This document shows, piece after piece, positions 25,228 to 36,544 of a stretch of 60,000 bases of DNA. The notes below the pieces were generated by a model that made no database searches, was not told the DNA's origin, and worked only from the letters and a program-made list of their open reading frames with translations. How positions within the stretch are numbered: position 1 is the first letter of the stretch; every line of letters starts with the position of its first letter. The stretch lies in contig NC_057753.1 of assembly GCF_004010195.1 (NCBI RefSeq), forward strand, positions 12,887,446-12,947,445, read 5' to 3'. Origin of the DNA: Chiloscyllium plagiosum. Lineage: Eukaryota. The position numbers were made by a program, and so were the translations under genes.

Positions 25228-25686
25228 GGTTTTTTTACAGGGACTGCTGTGCCGTACAGCAGTGTTTGTCCCATGGCACAAATGTACAAAGCACAGTCTG
25301 AGAGAAGAACCTGAGCAACATTTAAACAAAGTGTTTTCTTTCCATTGTACAAAACGGCAGACAAACTGTCTTGAAAATCTTGAGACATACCTCTCTTCCC
25401 CGTGCTGTATACTTTCACTAAATATCTCGGATTATCTCAGGATATTAAATGTACCAGAATGCAGTTCGACCAGATGCTGTGGAATAACTACAGCTCCGTC
25501 GTTCTACGAGAATTAATTTGGGAGTAGTCTGTAATACCGCATCTCCGCCATTGGTCCCTGAAACAATGCATAATCTACTAAGTGTCTGGGAAACCGTATA
25601 ACTCGTGGAGGTAACAGTGAACATTTGGACTGAGACTTACTACGCAGCATGATCAATATTATCATTTAGGAGAACAGGGAACACAT
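25228..25686 (-). pseudogene. TCR alpha/delta-like V pseudogene (leader 25641-25686, V exon 25267-25557, 23-RSS 25228-25266)
   Basis: Leader MCSLFS*MIILIMLR|GTAAGT; V reads GDAVLQTTPKL...SCSYSTASGRTAFWYI*YP...PRYLVKVYS...LNVAQVLLSDCALYICAMG; RSS AACACTG-23-AAAAAAACC. Confidence 0.9.
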
Positions 25687-27994
25687 GTCGCTTCTTCCAG
25701 TTTTGCACAATAACAACAGAATCATTAAACTATGTTGGAAGTTCCAATCCGACGTGGAAGAAGTAACCCAGATTCGGGGTATACTTTGCTTCAGGGGCAA
25801 CCATGGAGTTTCCTAAGAAACATGATTGGTTGATCCCTCCGAGTGGACAAAGTTTGTAACCAATCACTGTTTCTTTAGACAAATTATGTTCTCTGGTTGT
25901 TTGCCTTTCTCTCCGTATCTGTTTCCCTGTCTTTCTCTGTATATGCAGCTTTCCCTTCTCCACAGTGACTGTCTGACTCTCTCAATCCAATGCGCTCTCT
26001 GCATCTCAAATTACATAATCACTATGAATATACATTTCTTCTACTGTGTCGCTGGAAACGCAATGCGCAGAAAACAATTTTTTTCCAACTCTCCCATTTC
26101 GATCAGTACTCTAAAATTCTCCACGACTAACAACATTTACAAGAAGCTGAATATGATCACCCCACTTCTGAAGAAATATGAACGTGGACGCTAATGCACG
26201 AAATTCCCAGCATCTAAAAAGAATATGAATCAGTTTATTTTCTGCATATTTTCTTTCTGCAGACAATGAAGTTCCAAATATTATCGGGAATTGCGTGTTT
26301 TAATTTAAATAAAACCAACAGATATTGACAGATATGACGGTGTGATTAAGTGCAAAGAATGCGAAATTAAGGTTTCAATTTGGAGTCGATATTATTTCTG
26401 CCTTTATGTTTATCTGGACTGACAGGAATAATAACAAAAATAGTGACGCACATTTATTCAAGAGAAAATTGCATCAACTTGCGAATTTAGAAATTTAGCA
26501 GGCAAAGGCGATTTCCCTCATATTATGAGAAGAGGGATCTATATCCTCAAGATTTTATATTCACTGCAGACGATCCAGCGACGTTAATGTCAGGGATACG
26601 TTGCCATGCCAGAAAAAAAAACACACGAGAGGGACTAATAATCTGATTTACTGATCTGGATTCAAATCATGAAATGCAGATATTTGCATTTACTTATTCA
26701 AAAAAAAAATTGCCATTAGTGCCAATATTTGACGGGAGTACCAAGTTGTAATAAAACATTTTGTGTTGGAAAAGAAACCTGTTGCTTTCTTTTATTTAGT
26801 TTGGGTTTAAGTCTTTTTGCGTGCAAGGTTAAATATGAATTTCCCTCGAAATTGACCTTATTCTTTATGTAGCGATGCAGATCTGTAATTGAAACAGAAC
26901 ATTGCAGATCAATAACAATTGACACTTCCAGAAATCCACACATTTTGACAGTTTGTTTCAGTTATTCATTCGCATAAAATAAGTACTTTATAACCTTAAA
27001 TCTTTTAATAACTGAAATAGTATTATTTAGAAACGGCATTGGTTAAAAATAAAACGGGTTTATTTTGCAGAAGATTCATGTGTCGTATTTTACTGTGCAA
27101 GAATCCCTGCTGTTGAACTATGTGACGCAATGTTACACACATCAGAAGGTCAACAGTAAAGCAGACAGTGAAACAAGCTCTTCCTGCAGCTCCACAGAGC
27201 AGAATGTGGAAAGGAAGAGAAAATCAAGTCTGAGAAACGTAATGATTTGGAGAAGCAGATAAATTGGGGCTCACATGATGTGGAGAATAAAGAAGCAAAA
27301 GGGATAAATAGAGCGACAGAGGCACGGTCATAAATTTGTCATGCGAAACACAAGAACACAAAACGGGAGGCCATCAGAAAGGATCGGGCAGATACATAAA
27401 AATCGGACAGTAAACGAAATTGAAGAAGTTTTCATTCAATCATGAATAGGGAGACCGTGAATGCAATGAAACAATCTGCAAATTGAGAGAAATGCAACTG
27501 AAATACACAACGGTTTGGAGGGAAAGGAGATTATATGGTGAAGGATCGAGAGAAACAAACAATAGAGGTAGCGACGAAGCAAGAATCTGATTGGATCCGT
27601 TTCTTGAGATGGTTCCACAACCAATAAAGCTGCTTGAGACAATAATTTGGACATCATTGGAAAATGAATTCTTTGACGGTGACACTTTCTGTCAGACATG
27701 TTACAGGACAGACACAACAACGAAAGCGTAGCTCTAATTTCTCCCTCATCGGAATACTGTTTCAACATCACTCCATTTCAACACCCTTTTGCTGAAGTTC
27801 AACATTTGAGGACGAAGTGATTATGAGCCACGTAGTTTTGGTGCAAAGCCATGCACTTGCCATTTGATTGGTTTAAGTTGTGTCTCTGATCAGAGCAAGC
27901 ATATCAGTAACAAGACCGTTATTAGTAAATCATCCCATCTGTAGACGAGTGCCCATTTAGTACAGAATCCATTTGACTTCAAACCTGCCAACAT

Positions 27995-28420
27995 GTAGAG
28001 TCACCGAGTTATAGAGATGTACAGCACAGAAACAGGCCCTTTGGTCCAAATCGTCCACGCCGACCAGACATCCCAACCCAATCTAGCCCCACCTGCCAGC
28101 ACCTGAACCATGTTCCTCCAAACCCTTCCTATTCATAAATACCTCCGGATGCCTTTTAAATGTTGCAATTGTACTAGCCTGCACCACTTCCTCTGGCAAA
28201 TCATCCCATTACACGTACCACCTTCTGAGTGAAACGGTTGCCTCTTAGGTCTGTTTTATATCTTTCCACACTCACCCTAAACCTATGCCCTCCAGTTATG
28301 GACTTCCACACCCCAGGGAACAGACTTTGTCTATTTATCGTCTCCATGCCCCTCAGGAGTTTATAAACCTCTATAAGGGCATCGCTCAGCCTCTGACGTT
28401 CCATTGCAAACAGACAGCCC
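27995..28420 (-). mobile_element. CR1 3-prime end fragment
   Basis: LIEVYKLLRGME...LFP...GHRF...FTQKVVRV followed by a CR1 3-prime UTR. Confidence 0.85.
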
Positions 28421-28554
28421 TAGCTAATTCTACCTCTTCCTATACCTTCTTTGAAAACATGTTAGAGCTTGGTGTTTACTTTACTGTTACCGTTTCAGCT
28501 ACCTCAACAGCTAAGTTAAAATATATATTTATCACTACAAGTGACAAAAGTCTC

Positions 28555-31500
28555 CCATGGCAGTATGATGTGAGAGCTGACTGATGCAATTTGACTGGCA
28601 CAGACGACATGCGTAGCAAGATTTGGTTGCTGGAGGAACTCTGGCTCAGAGTTGATGATCTCGAATCTGAGCTTCAAACATTGCGCCACATCCGAGAGGG
28701 GAAACAGTTACCTGAACGCATTGTTTCTGGAGGCTGTTATACTTGGTGGATTAAATAGTTCAAATTCAGTTACTGATCAGGGACAATAGGACTAGCTGAG
28801 CACGGCACCATAGGGCAGAAGGCCATTCAAGACAGGCGAAAAGAATAAGACAATTGGCATTAATAGGGAATTCTATAATTAAGGAGATAGATAGAATCCT
28901 TTGCAACCTGGATTGGGATTCTCGCCGGTTGTGTTATCTGCCCCGTGCCACGGTACAGGACGTCTCTGACTGGCTTAAGTAGATATTCGTTCGGACTCAG
29001 GAGGATCCAGTTATTATGGTCACGTTGGGACAAACAACACCGGCAAGGCTGGGATGGAGGACTTGTTTGGCGATTATCAAGCAGTAGGAAGGAAATTAAG
29101 TAACAGGTTATGGAGGGTCATAATCTCTGGATTACTGCCCGAGGTATGTGCAAATTGGCTTAAGGATATAGAATTAGGCAAGTAAATACGTGGCTGAATG
29201 ATTGGGGTCGGAAAGAGGCGTTCCTTTTCATGGGGCATTGGTGTCAGTTTTGGAATCAGGGAACTTGTATGATGGGATGGTCTCCACCTGAACCGAGCTG
29301 GAACCAGTGTTCAAGCGAAAAGGATAAATTAGTGTTCAGTAGGACATTAAGCTTGTGTGTCGGATTATTATAGAGATAAATTTAAAAAGAAAAGCAGCAG
29401 GTTAGCGTGTGTCCACAAGGGTTGAAGTTCAAGGTAGTCTGTGAAAGAATTAAAAACGAAGATAACACTGGAAATATTATTCGAGATGTTGGAGAGCAGG
29501 AGGGTAAGAAATCTAGCATAAAGGCACTTTACCTTTATAGTCGACGCGTTAGTAACAAGGTTAATGGGTTACTGGCACAATTCATCATGAATGATTATGA
29601 TTTAGTAGCCATTACAGAGACATGGTACAGGATAGTCACGACTAGGAGTTAAATATCCAGGCATTTCAGACCATTTGGAAGGACAGAAAGGAAGGTAAGG
29701 AAGTTGGAGCAGCTCTGATATTCAAGAACAACATCTGGGCGGTGATGAGAGATGTTGAGGTTGAATTGATTTGGGTGGAAATGAGAAATCCAATGAAGAA
29801 AAAGTTACTGATCGCCGTAGTCTATAGGCCACCAAGTAATGACATCACATTGGGGTGGGCAATAAACAAACGAATAACTAATGCCTGTAAAAATGGTATT
29901 GCAAATATCATGAGGGACTTTAAACGACATGCAGATTGGTCAAACCAGCTCGGTCAGGCTAGCCTTGAGGAGGGATTCATTGAGTGTATCCCTGATGGTT
30001 TTCTTGAACGGGATGTACTGGAACCAACGAGGGAATAAGCTGTATCAGATCCAGTCCTGTGTACTGAGACAGGAATAATTCATGACCTCATAGTAAAGGA
30101 TCCTCTCTGGAAGGTGTGATCGTAATATACTTGAATTTAGAATACAGATGGAGAGTGTGAAGATAAATTCAATACCAGGGTTCTGTGTTTAAACAAGGGA
30201 GACAAAAACAGAATGAGAGAGATTTTCGCTATAATACACTGCAAGTAGATTTTTTCGTGGGGCAGTTGGCGAGCAGTGGAGGACTTCTAAAGCAATTTTT
30301 CAAAAGTGCTCAGCAAAACTATATGTCTGTGAAAAGGAGGGACTGTAAGGAAAGGGGCAACCTGCCATGGGTGTCGAAGGAAATAAGGGAGGCTATCAAC
30401 CGAAAATAGAAGGCGTACAAAGTGGCCAAAATCAGCAAGAAACTAGAAGATCGGGAAAACTTTAGACGTCAAACGAAAGCCACAAAAAGAGCTATAAAGA
30501 GAAGTATACTCGAATATGAGAAAAAAACCAACACAGAAAATACAGAAAAAATACCAAAACTATTGATTAATATATCAAGTGAAAAATAGTAGTTCATATA
30601 AACGTTGGTCCTTTAGAGCATGAGAAGGGGCATTTAGTTATGAGATTTGATATAATCACCGAGGCATTGAAAAGGCAATTTGTGTCAGCCTTCACAGTGG
30701 AGGACACTAACATCATGCCCATAATTCATAAAGAGGCGGAGACATTTGAGGGATTGAAAACAATCATTATTGTGGAATAGGTTGTATTGAGCAAACTAAT
30801 GGAGCCAAGGATAGAGAATTCTCCTCAGCCTGATGGACTGCATCTCAGGATACGAAAAGAGATGGCAGGAGAAACACAAGTGTACTGTTGGAAATTTCCC
30901 AAAATTCGCTTTTCACTGTGGCATACCCAACAGATTGGAAAAAAGGCAAATGTGACACCACTGTATAAAATGGGAGGTAGACAAAGGCTCGGGAATAATA
31001 GACAGGTTAGCTTTAACTCTGTAGTGGGGACGATACATGAATCTATTATCAAGGCAGAATTAGTAGGGCATCTCTTCAAAATTTCTGCAGCTGGGCAGAC
31101 GCGGCATTAGTTCATGATGGGCAGGTCATGGTTAACAAGTCTTTTTGAATTCTTTGATGTCATTACGGCAAGATGGACAAGGGGATTCAGTGGATGTCCT
31201 GCGCCAAGGTTTCCAAAATGCTTTCAAACAGGTGCTGCAAAAGAGGCCGCTGCATAAGATAAGGATGCATGGCATTACAGGTAAAGTATTAGAATAGATA
31301 GGGGATTGGTTGACTAACAGGAAGCAGAATGGAAAGAAATAAGTGCTATTCTGGGTGGCAATCAGTGACGAGTGGTGTGTCTCAGGCGTCGTTGTTCGGA
31401 CCGCACTTATTTCCAATTTATAGTAATGATTTGTAGTTGGGACCGCGTGTATAAGACCATAAGACCATAAGACATAGGAGTGGAAGTAAGGCCATTCGGC

Positions 31501-34067
31501 CCATCGAGTCCGCTCCGCCATTCAATCATGGCTGATGGGCATTTCAACTCCACTTACCTGCATTCTCCTCGTAGCATTTAATTTCTTGTGACATCAAGAA
31601 TTTATCAATTCTGCCTTGAAGACATTTAGCGTCCCAGCCTCCACTCTGTGGCAATGAATTCCACAAGCCCACCACTCTCTGGCTGAAGGCATGTCTCCAC
31701 ATTTCTGTTCTGAATTTACCCCCTCTAATTCTAAGGCTGTGTCCACGGGTCCTAGTCTCCTCGCCTAACGGAAACAATTTCCTTGCGTCCACCCTCTCCA
31801 AGCCATGTATTGTCTTGTAAGTTTCTATTAGATCTCCCCTTAATCTTCTAAACTCCAATGACTACAATCCCAGGATCCTCAGCCATTCCTGATATGTTAG
31901 ACCTACCATTCCAGGGATCATCTGTGTGAATCTCCGCTGGACATGCTCCAGTGTCAGTATGTCCTTCCTGAGGTGTGGGGACCAAAACTGGACACACTAC
32001 TCCAAATGGGGCCTAACCAGAGCTTTATAAAGTCTCAGTAGTACAACAGTGCTTTTATATTCCAACCCTCTTGAGATAATTGACAACATTGCATTCGCTT
32101 TCTTAATCACGGACTCAACCTGTATGTTTACCTTAAGAGAATCCTCAACTAGCACTCCCAGATCCTTCTGTACTTTGGCTTTACGAATTTTCTCACCGTT
32201 AAGAAAGTAATCCATGCTTGTATTCTTTTTTCCAAAGTGCAAGACCTCTCATTTGCTCACATTGAATTCCATCAGCCATTTCTTGGACCACTACTCCAAA
32301 CTGTCTAGATCCTTATGCCGCCTCCCCACTTCCTCAGTACTACCTGCCTGTCCACCTAACTTTGTATCATCGGCAAACTTCGCTAGAATCCCCCCAGTCC
32401 CTTCATCCAGACCATTAATATATAATGTGAACAGCTGCGGCCCCAACACTTAACACTGCGGGACACCGCTTGTCACCGGCTGCCAATCCAAAAAAGAACA
32501 TTTTATCCCAACTCTCTGCCTTCTGTCAGACAGCCAATCCTCAATCCATACCAGTAGCTCACCTCGAACACCATGGGCCCTCACCTTGCTCAGCAGCCTC
32601 CCGTGTGGCACCTTATCAAAGGCCTTTTGGAAGTCGAGGTAGACCACATCCACTGGGTTTCCCCATTCTAACCTACTTGTCACCTCTTCAAAGAACTCCA
32701 ACAGGTTTTTCAGGCACGACCTCCCCTTACTAAATCCATGTTGACTTGTTCTAATCGGACCCTGCTCTTCCAAGAATTTAGAAACCTCATCCTTAATGAT
32801 GGGTTCTAGAATTTCATCAACTACAGAGGTTAGGCTAATTGGGCTATAATTTTCCATCTTTTGCCTTGATCCTTTCTTGAACAAGGGAGTTACAACAGCG
32901 ATCTTCCAATCATCCCGGACTTTCCCTGACTCAACCAACGCCTCCGCTATTTCCTCAGCCACCTCCCTCAGAACTCTAGGATGTAACCCATCAGGGCCAG
33001 GAGATTTATCAATTTTAAGACCTTTTAGCTTTTCTAGCACTTTCTCTTTTGTAATGGCAACCATATTCAACTCAGTCCCCTGACTCCCTTTAATTGTTGG
33101 GATATTACTCATGTCTTCCACTGTGAAGACTGACGCAAAGTACTTAAGTTCTCCTCGATGAGTGGCAGAGCAAAGTGTGCAGTGCACTGAACCTTTGCAG
33201 AGGAACATAAATACATTTAGTGAGTAGGTAAAGGTCTTCAGATGGCATGTTATGTTAATAAATGTGAAGTCGTCCATGTTGGTTGGAGTAACAGTAAAAA
33301 GAGGATTAATTGAATGGGAAAATGTTGCAGCAAGCTGCAATACAGAGGGACCTGGCTGCGTTTGTGCATGACTCGCCGAAGGTTAGTCTCCAGTTACAAT
33401 AAGAAATTTGGAAGACAAATGGAATTTTGCCTTTCATTGCTGGAGCGTTTGAGTTTAAAAGCAGAGAGGTTATTTTGCAGCTGTACGAGGTGCTGGTGAG
33501 ACCACACCTGGAGTACTGTGTGCGGTTTTGGTCTCCTTACTTGAGAAAGGGCGCACTGGCTCAAGAGAGGGCGCAGAAGAGGTTTATTTGCTTGATTCTG
33601 GAGTCCAGTGGGTTGATTTATACGGAAAGACGAAGTGGGCTGGCATTATATTCATTCTAATACAGAAGAATGACGAGGGATCTAAAAGAAACATATCAAG
33701 TCATGAAGTGAATAGATAAGATGGACGCAGAGAGAATCTTCCACTGGTAGTCGAAGCCAGGACAAGAGGGCAGAGCCTCAAGATTACAGAGAGCAGATGT
33801 ATGGCTGAATTGAGAAAGAACTTCACCACCCAGATGATTTTTAATCCATGGAATTGCTTGCCCAGTCAAGAAGATGACGCTCCTTCAGTAAACATTTTTA
33901 AAGAGAGGGTATATATTTTTTGGAACAGAAATGAATTAAGTGATACGGTGAGTGTCGGGTAAGTGGCCCTGAGTCCACAAAAAGATCAGGCACAATTTTA
34001 TTCAATGTCGTGAGTACGCTCGAGAGGCTGATCGGCCTACTGCTGCTCCTGGTTCTTATGTTCTTAA
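28555..34067 (+). mobile_element. Near full-length degenerate CR1 LINE (ORF1 esterase-like, ORF2 APE+RT), interrupted by a younger CR1
   Basis: ORF1-like CYLPRATVQDVS...VGTNN; APE region ALYLYSRRVSNK...DYDLVAITETW and IAVVYRPP; RT region PDGLHLRI and LYEVLVRPHLEYCVRFWSPY; tail GTTCTTATGTTCTTA. Confidence 0.9.
31451..33155 (-). mobile_element. Younger 5-prime-truncated CR1 LINE nested antisense in the older CR1
   Basis: RT ORFs KSPGPDGLHPRVL, QHGFSKGRSCL, VYLDFQKAFDKVPH, SGVPQ and LYKALVRPHLE; 3-prime tail (ATAAGACC)n at 31451-31473. Confidence 0.93.
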
Positions 34068-34669
34068 GTCTCATTTATTGCATTTAATCAGAGCACAGAA
34101 ACGTCGATATAATGACCTGAAGTGAAGACCATACATGGATCCGTTGTGAAATCGTCCTTACAAGAAAATGGCATGACTCACCGAACGTTTTAGGCAAATG
34201 GCTCATGTACAGAGCCAGCACATTGAATTCAAGTTTTGGTTTGACAGACGACTGGCATATTAACTTGTTGCAATACGAATAATGGGTATGCCATTAAGTA
34301 ATGTCAGGAGTAAAAAACAATTCTTCAAAAAATAGCCGTGAGCTTGTGGCATTTTCTATCACGAAATGCTGTTGGAGAGCATTCATTAGATATATTCAAG
34401 GGAGAGCTGAGCATGGCCTTTGAAGCTAAATGGATCAAGCAGCATGAACAGAAAGTGAGACTGACACACTGGAATTGCATGATCAGCCATGATCATTTTG
34501 GGCGATGTTGCAGACTCGAAAGCCCGAATGGCCTACGCCTACACCTACATCTATTTGCTTCGAATTGATATTTCCATTTTATATCATTACCAAGTCGTGG
34601 CTATGTTATGAAATGTAGGCTTAATTTCACTGTGCTCCGAGACCCATTTACCATTCCCCATTGCACTAG

Positions 34670-35174
34670 AGTTTCAGTAAGGGGATCCATTTGGTTCCTG
34701 TCTCTGTGTCTGCGACCACAATAATAAAGTGCGCTGTCAGATAGACACAGCTCACTGATGTTGAAACTCCCCTCTCTTTTGGAATTACTCAGAAATGCAG
34801 AGAATTGTTTGCCAATACTTCCTGCTTTGAAATCCTCTCCATGAGATCAGATTAAATCATGAATGTGGAAGATTCTCCAACGTACTGACGTTAGTTGTAA
34901 TGAGTAGAAATTAGCTGAGATCAAATAACTGAAGTGAAATATTACCGAATTTCATTCAATCTGTGTCGCTGCAAGCGGCTCCTATGAGACCCAGTCTGTA
35001 CAACTCACATCTGCGCAAATGTAGATGTCAAAGTCGTTGTTTTACTGTTACATTTTACAATCAATGTGATGGAGCACATTGCAAATGCAGTGAAAGCACA
35101 ACCAAAAGGTAAGATGTCAGTGTCACCTGCAAGTCAGAATGATCACAGTGTGAGGAACGTAACTGTTAAGACAT
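34670..35174 (-). pseudogene. TCR alpha/delta-like V pseudogene, same atypical family as 11397-11706 (leader ~35127-35174, V exon 34709-35010, 23-RSS 34670-34708)
   Basis: DVSCTDWVS*EPLAATQIE*NSVIFHFSYLISANFYSLQL-RQ...EGSFNISELCLSDSALYYCGRR; RSS CACAGAG-23-ACTGAAACT. Confidence 0.88.
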
Positions 35175-35999
35175 CTGCAGAATTGAGAACTGAGTAAATA
35201 GTAATAGCTAATGCTGGGTTTCACAGTTGGTAGTGAGTTTGAACCAATGCAGGTGAAGCTGAATTATTTCATCACTGAGCTGGTGGCCCGTTTGAATGTA
35301 TGGGGCTGAAGCTGAATTCGTTTAGTGCAGGGCTGTTGGTGCATTTAAAAGAGGAATCTGAAGATGGAATGTTTTCGTTCAAATCATAGATGTGGAGTCA
35401 TGTCCAGTCGTGGGTAACCGATTGAAGCGTCAATTGGGACAACCAATGAACGTCCAGTTATTTTGACCCACAATCCATGACCTCTGAGCAATGAACAGGG
35501 AGTGAGATTAAATTATTCTCAGTGTAGTCAACCGCACAAAATATCGCCATGAGCCTTGTGATCCATTCATCTATTCAATTTCATTTTAAATAACGTTATG
35601 AACTGGAGAACTCTCTGAGGTACTGGAAATGACTAAGGTTATTGATCTTTCATTGTTTAACAGAGTCAGTGTTTAAGAGAGGGAAGCGACTGTTAATATT
35701 TAATGTTATTCTAAAGGTGGTACCAGTGATCATCAGACAAAAATATTCGTCACAGATCAAAGGATCATTGACATAAGGAAAGACATTTTATGGAACAATA
35801 CACATTCAATACAAGTGAAAATGATAATTTAGGGACGATCGCATAAATATGGGGTTTTAGTCATATTAATACTTCACGATTCAAGTCTCAGATCTGATTA
35901 GATGAGACAAGTTAAGAGCGTGGACCCAGAGATTCAATGGATGACACTCCTGACTAAGGTCAGGAGATTGTAGACTCGACTGCTTTGTGGCTCGAATGA

Positions 36000-36345
36000 T
36001 GTTTTCAGCTTTTTTTCAAGTTTGTTCAGTTGTTCGGCCGGCTACACAACACCATAGACCCAGTTTTATGCTGAATGTCTGTGTGAAATTTGCACATTGT
36101 CCCTGTGGGTACGTGGGCTAACTCGGTGTGCTCTGGTTTCCTCCTACAGTCGAAATGTGTGCATATTAAGTGGGTTGAACGTGCTAACTTGCCCATACTG
36201 TTCAGAGATGCTTCAGATAATGAGTTGGCCACGGGAAATGCAAGTTTGCAAGGCTACAATAAGGGATTGGGTCTGGGTGGGATGCCCTTCGGTGTGGACT
36301 CGATGACACAAATATCCTGCTTCCAAAGTGTAGGGATTCTGTGTA
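36000..36345 (+). mobile_element. HE1-type V-SINE, degenerate
   Basis: V-domain-like TTTGCACATTGTCCCTGTG...TGCTCTGGTTTCCTCCTACAGTC...TGCTAACTTGCCCAT. Confidence 0.7.
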
Positions 36346-36384
36346 CTCAAAAAACGTTCCTGCCTCTGTCTGTATGCATACTGA

Positions 36385-36540
36385 CCATGCTTGTGACACA
36401 CAGTACACAGTGATATCGCGAAGTCAGCGATAGGAGACAACAATATTTAAATTTTCTTGTCTTGGTCCAAGTAAAAAGATCAGAGAAATCTGATAAATAT
36501 TTCCATTTACTCGAATCGTACTTCTTTAGTAAATAAGGAG
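36385..36540 (-). pseudogene. 3-prime half of a V relic abutting a CR1 element
   Basis: PYLLKKYDSSKWKYLSDFSDLF...LDQDKKI*...ADFAISLCTV matches CDR2/FR3 of the 25.3 kb V family. Confidence 0.55.
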
Positions 36541-36544
36541 TGTA

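Noticed and set aside
27065..27110. EDSCVVFYCAR-like translation
   Set aside because: No upstream framework and no RSS; probably chance.
34628..34634. Perfect heptamer CACTGTG just beyond a V RSS (possible D segment)
   Set aside because: No nonamer at a 12- or 23-nt spacing.
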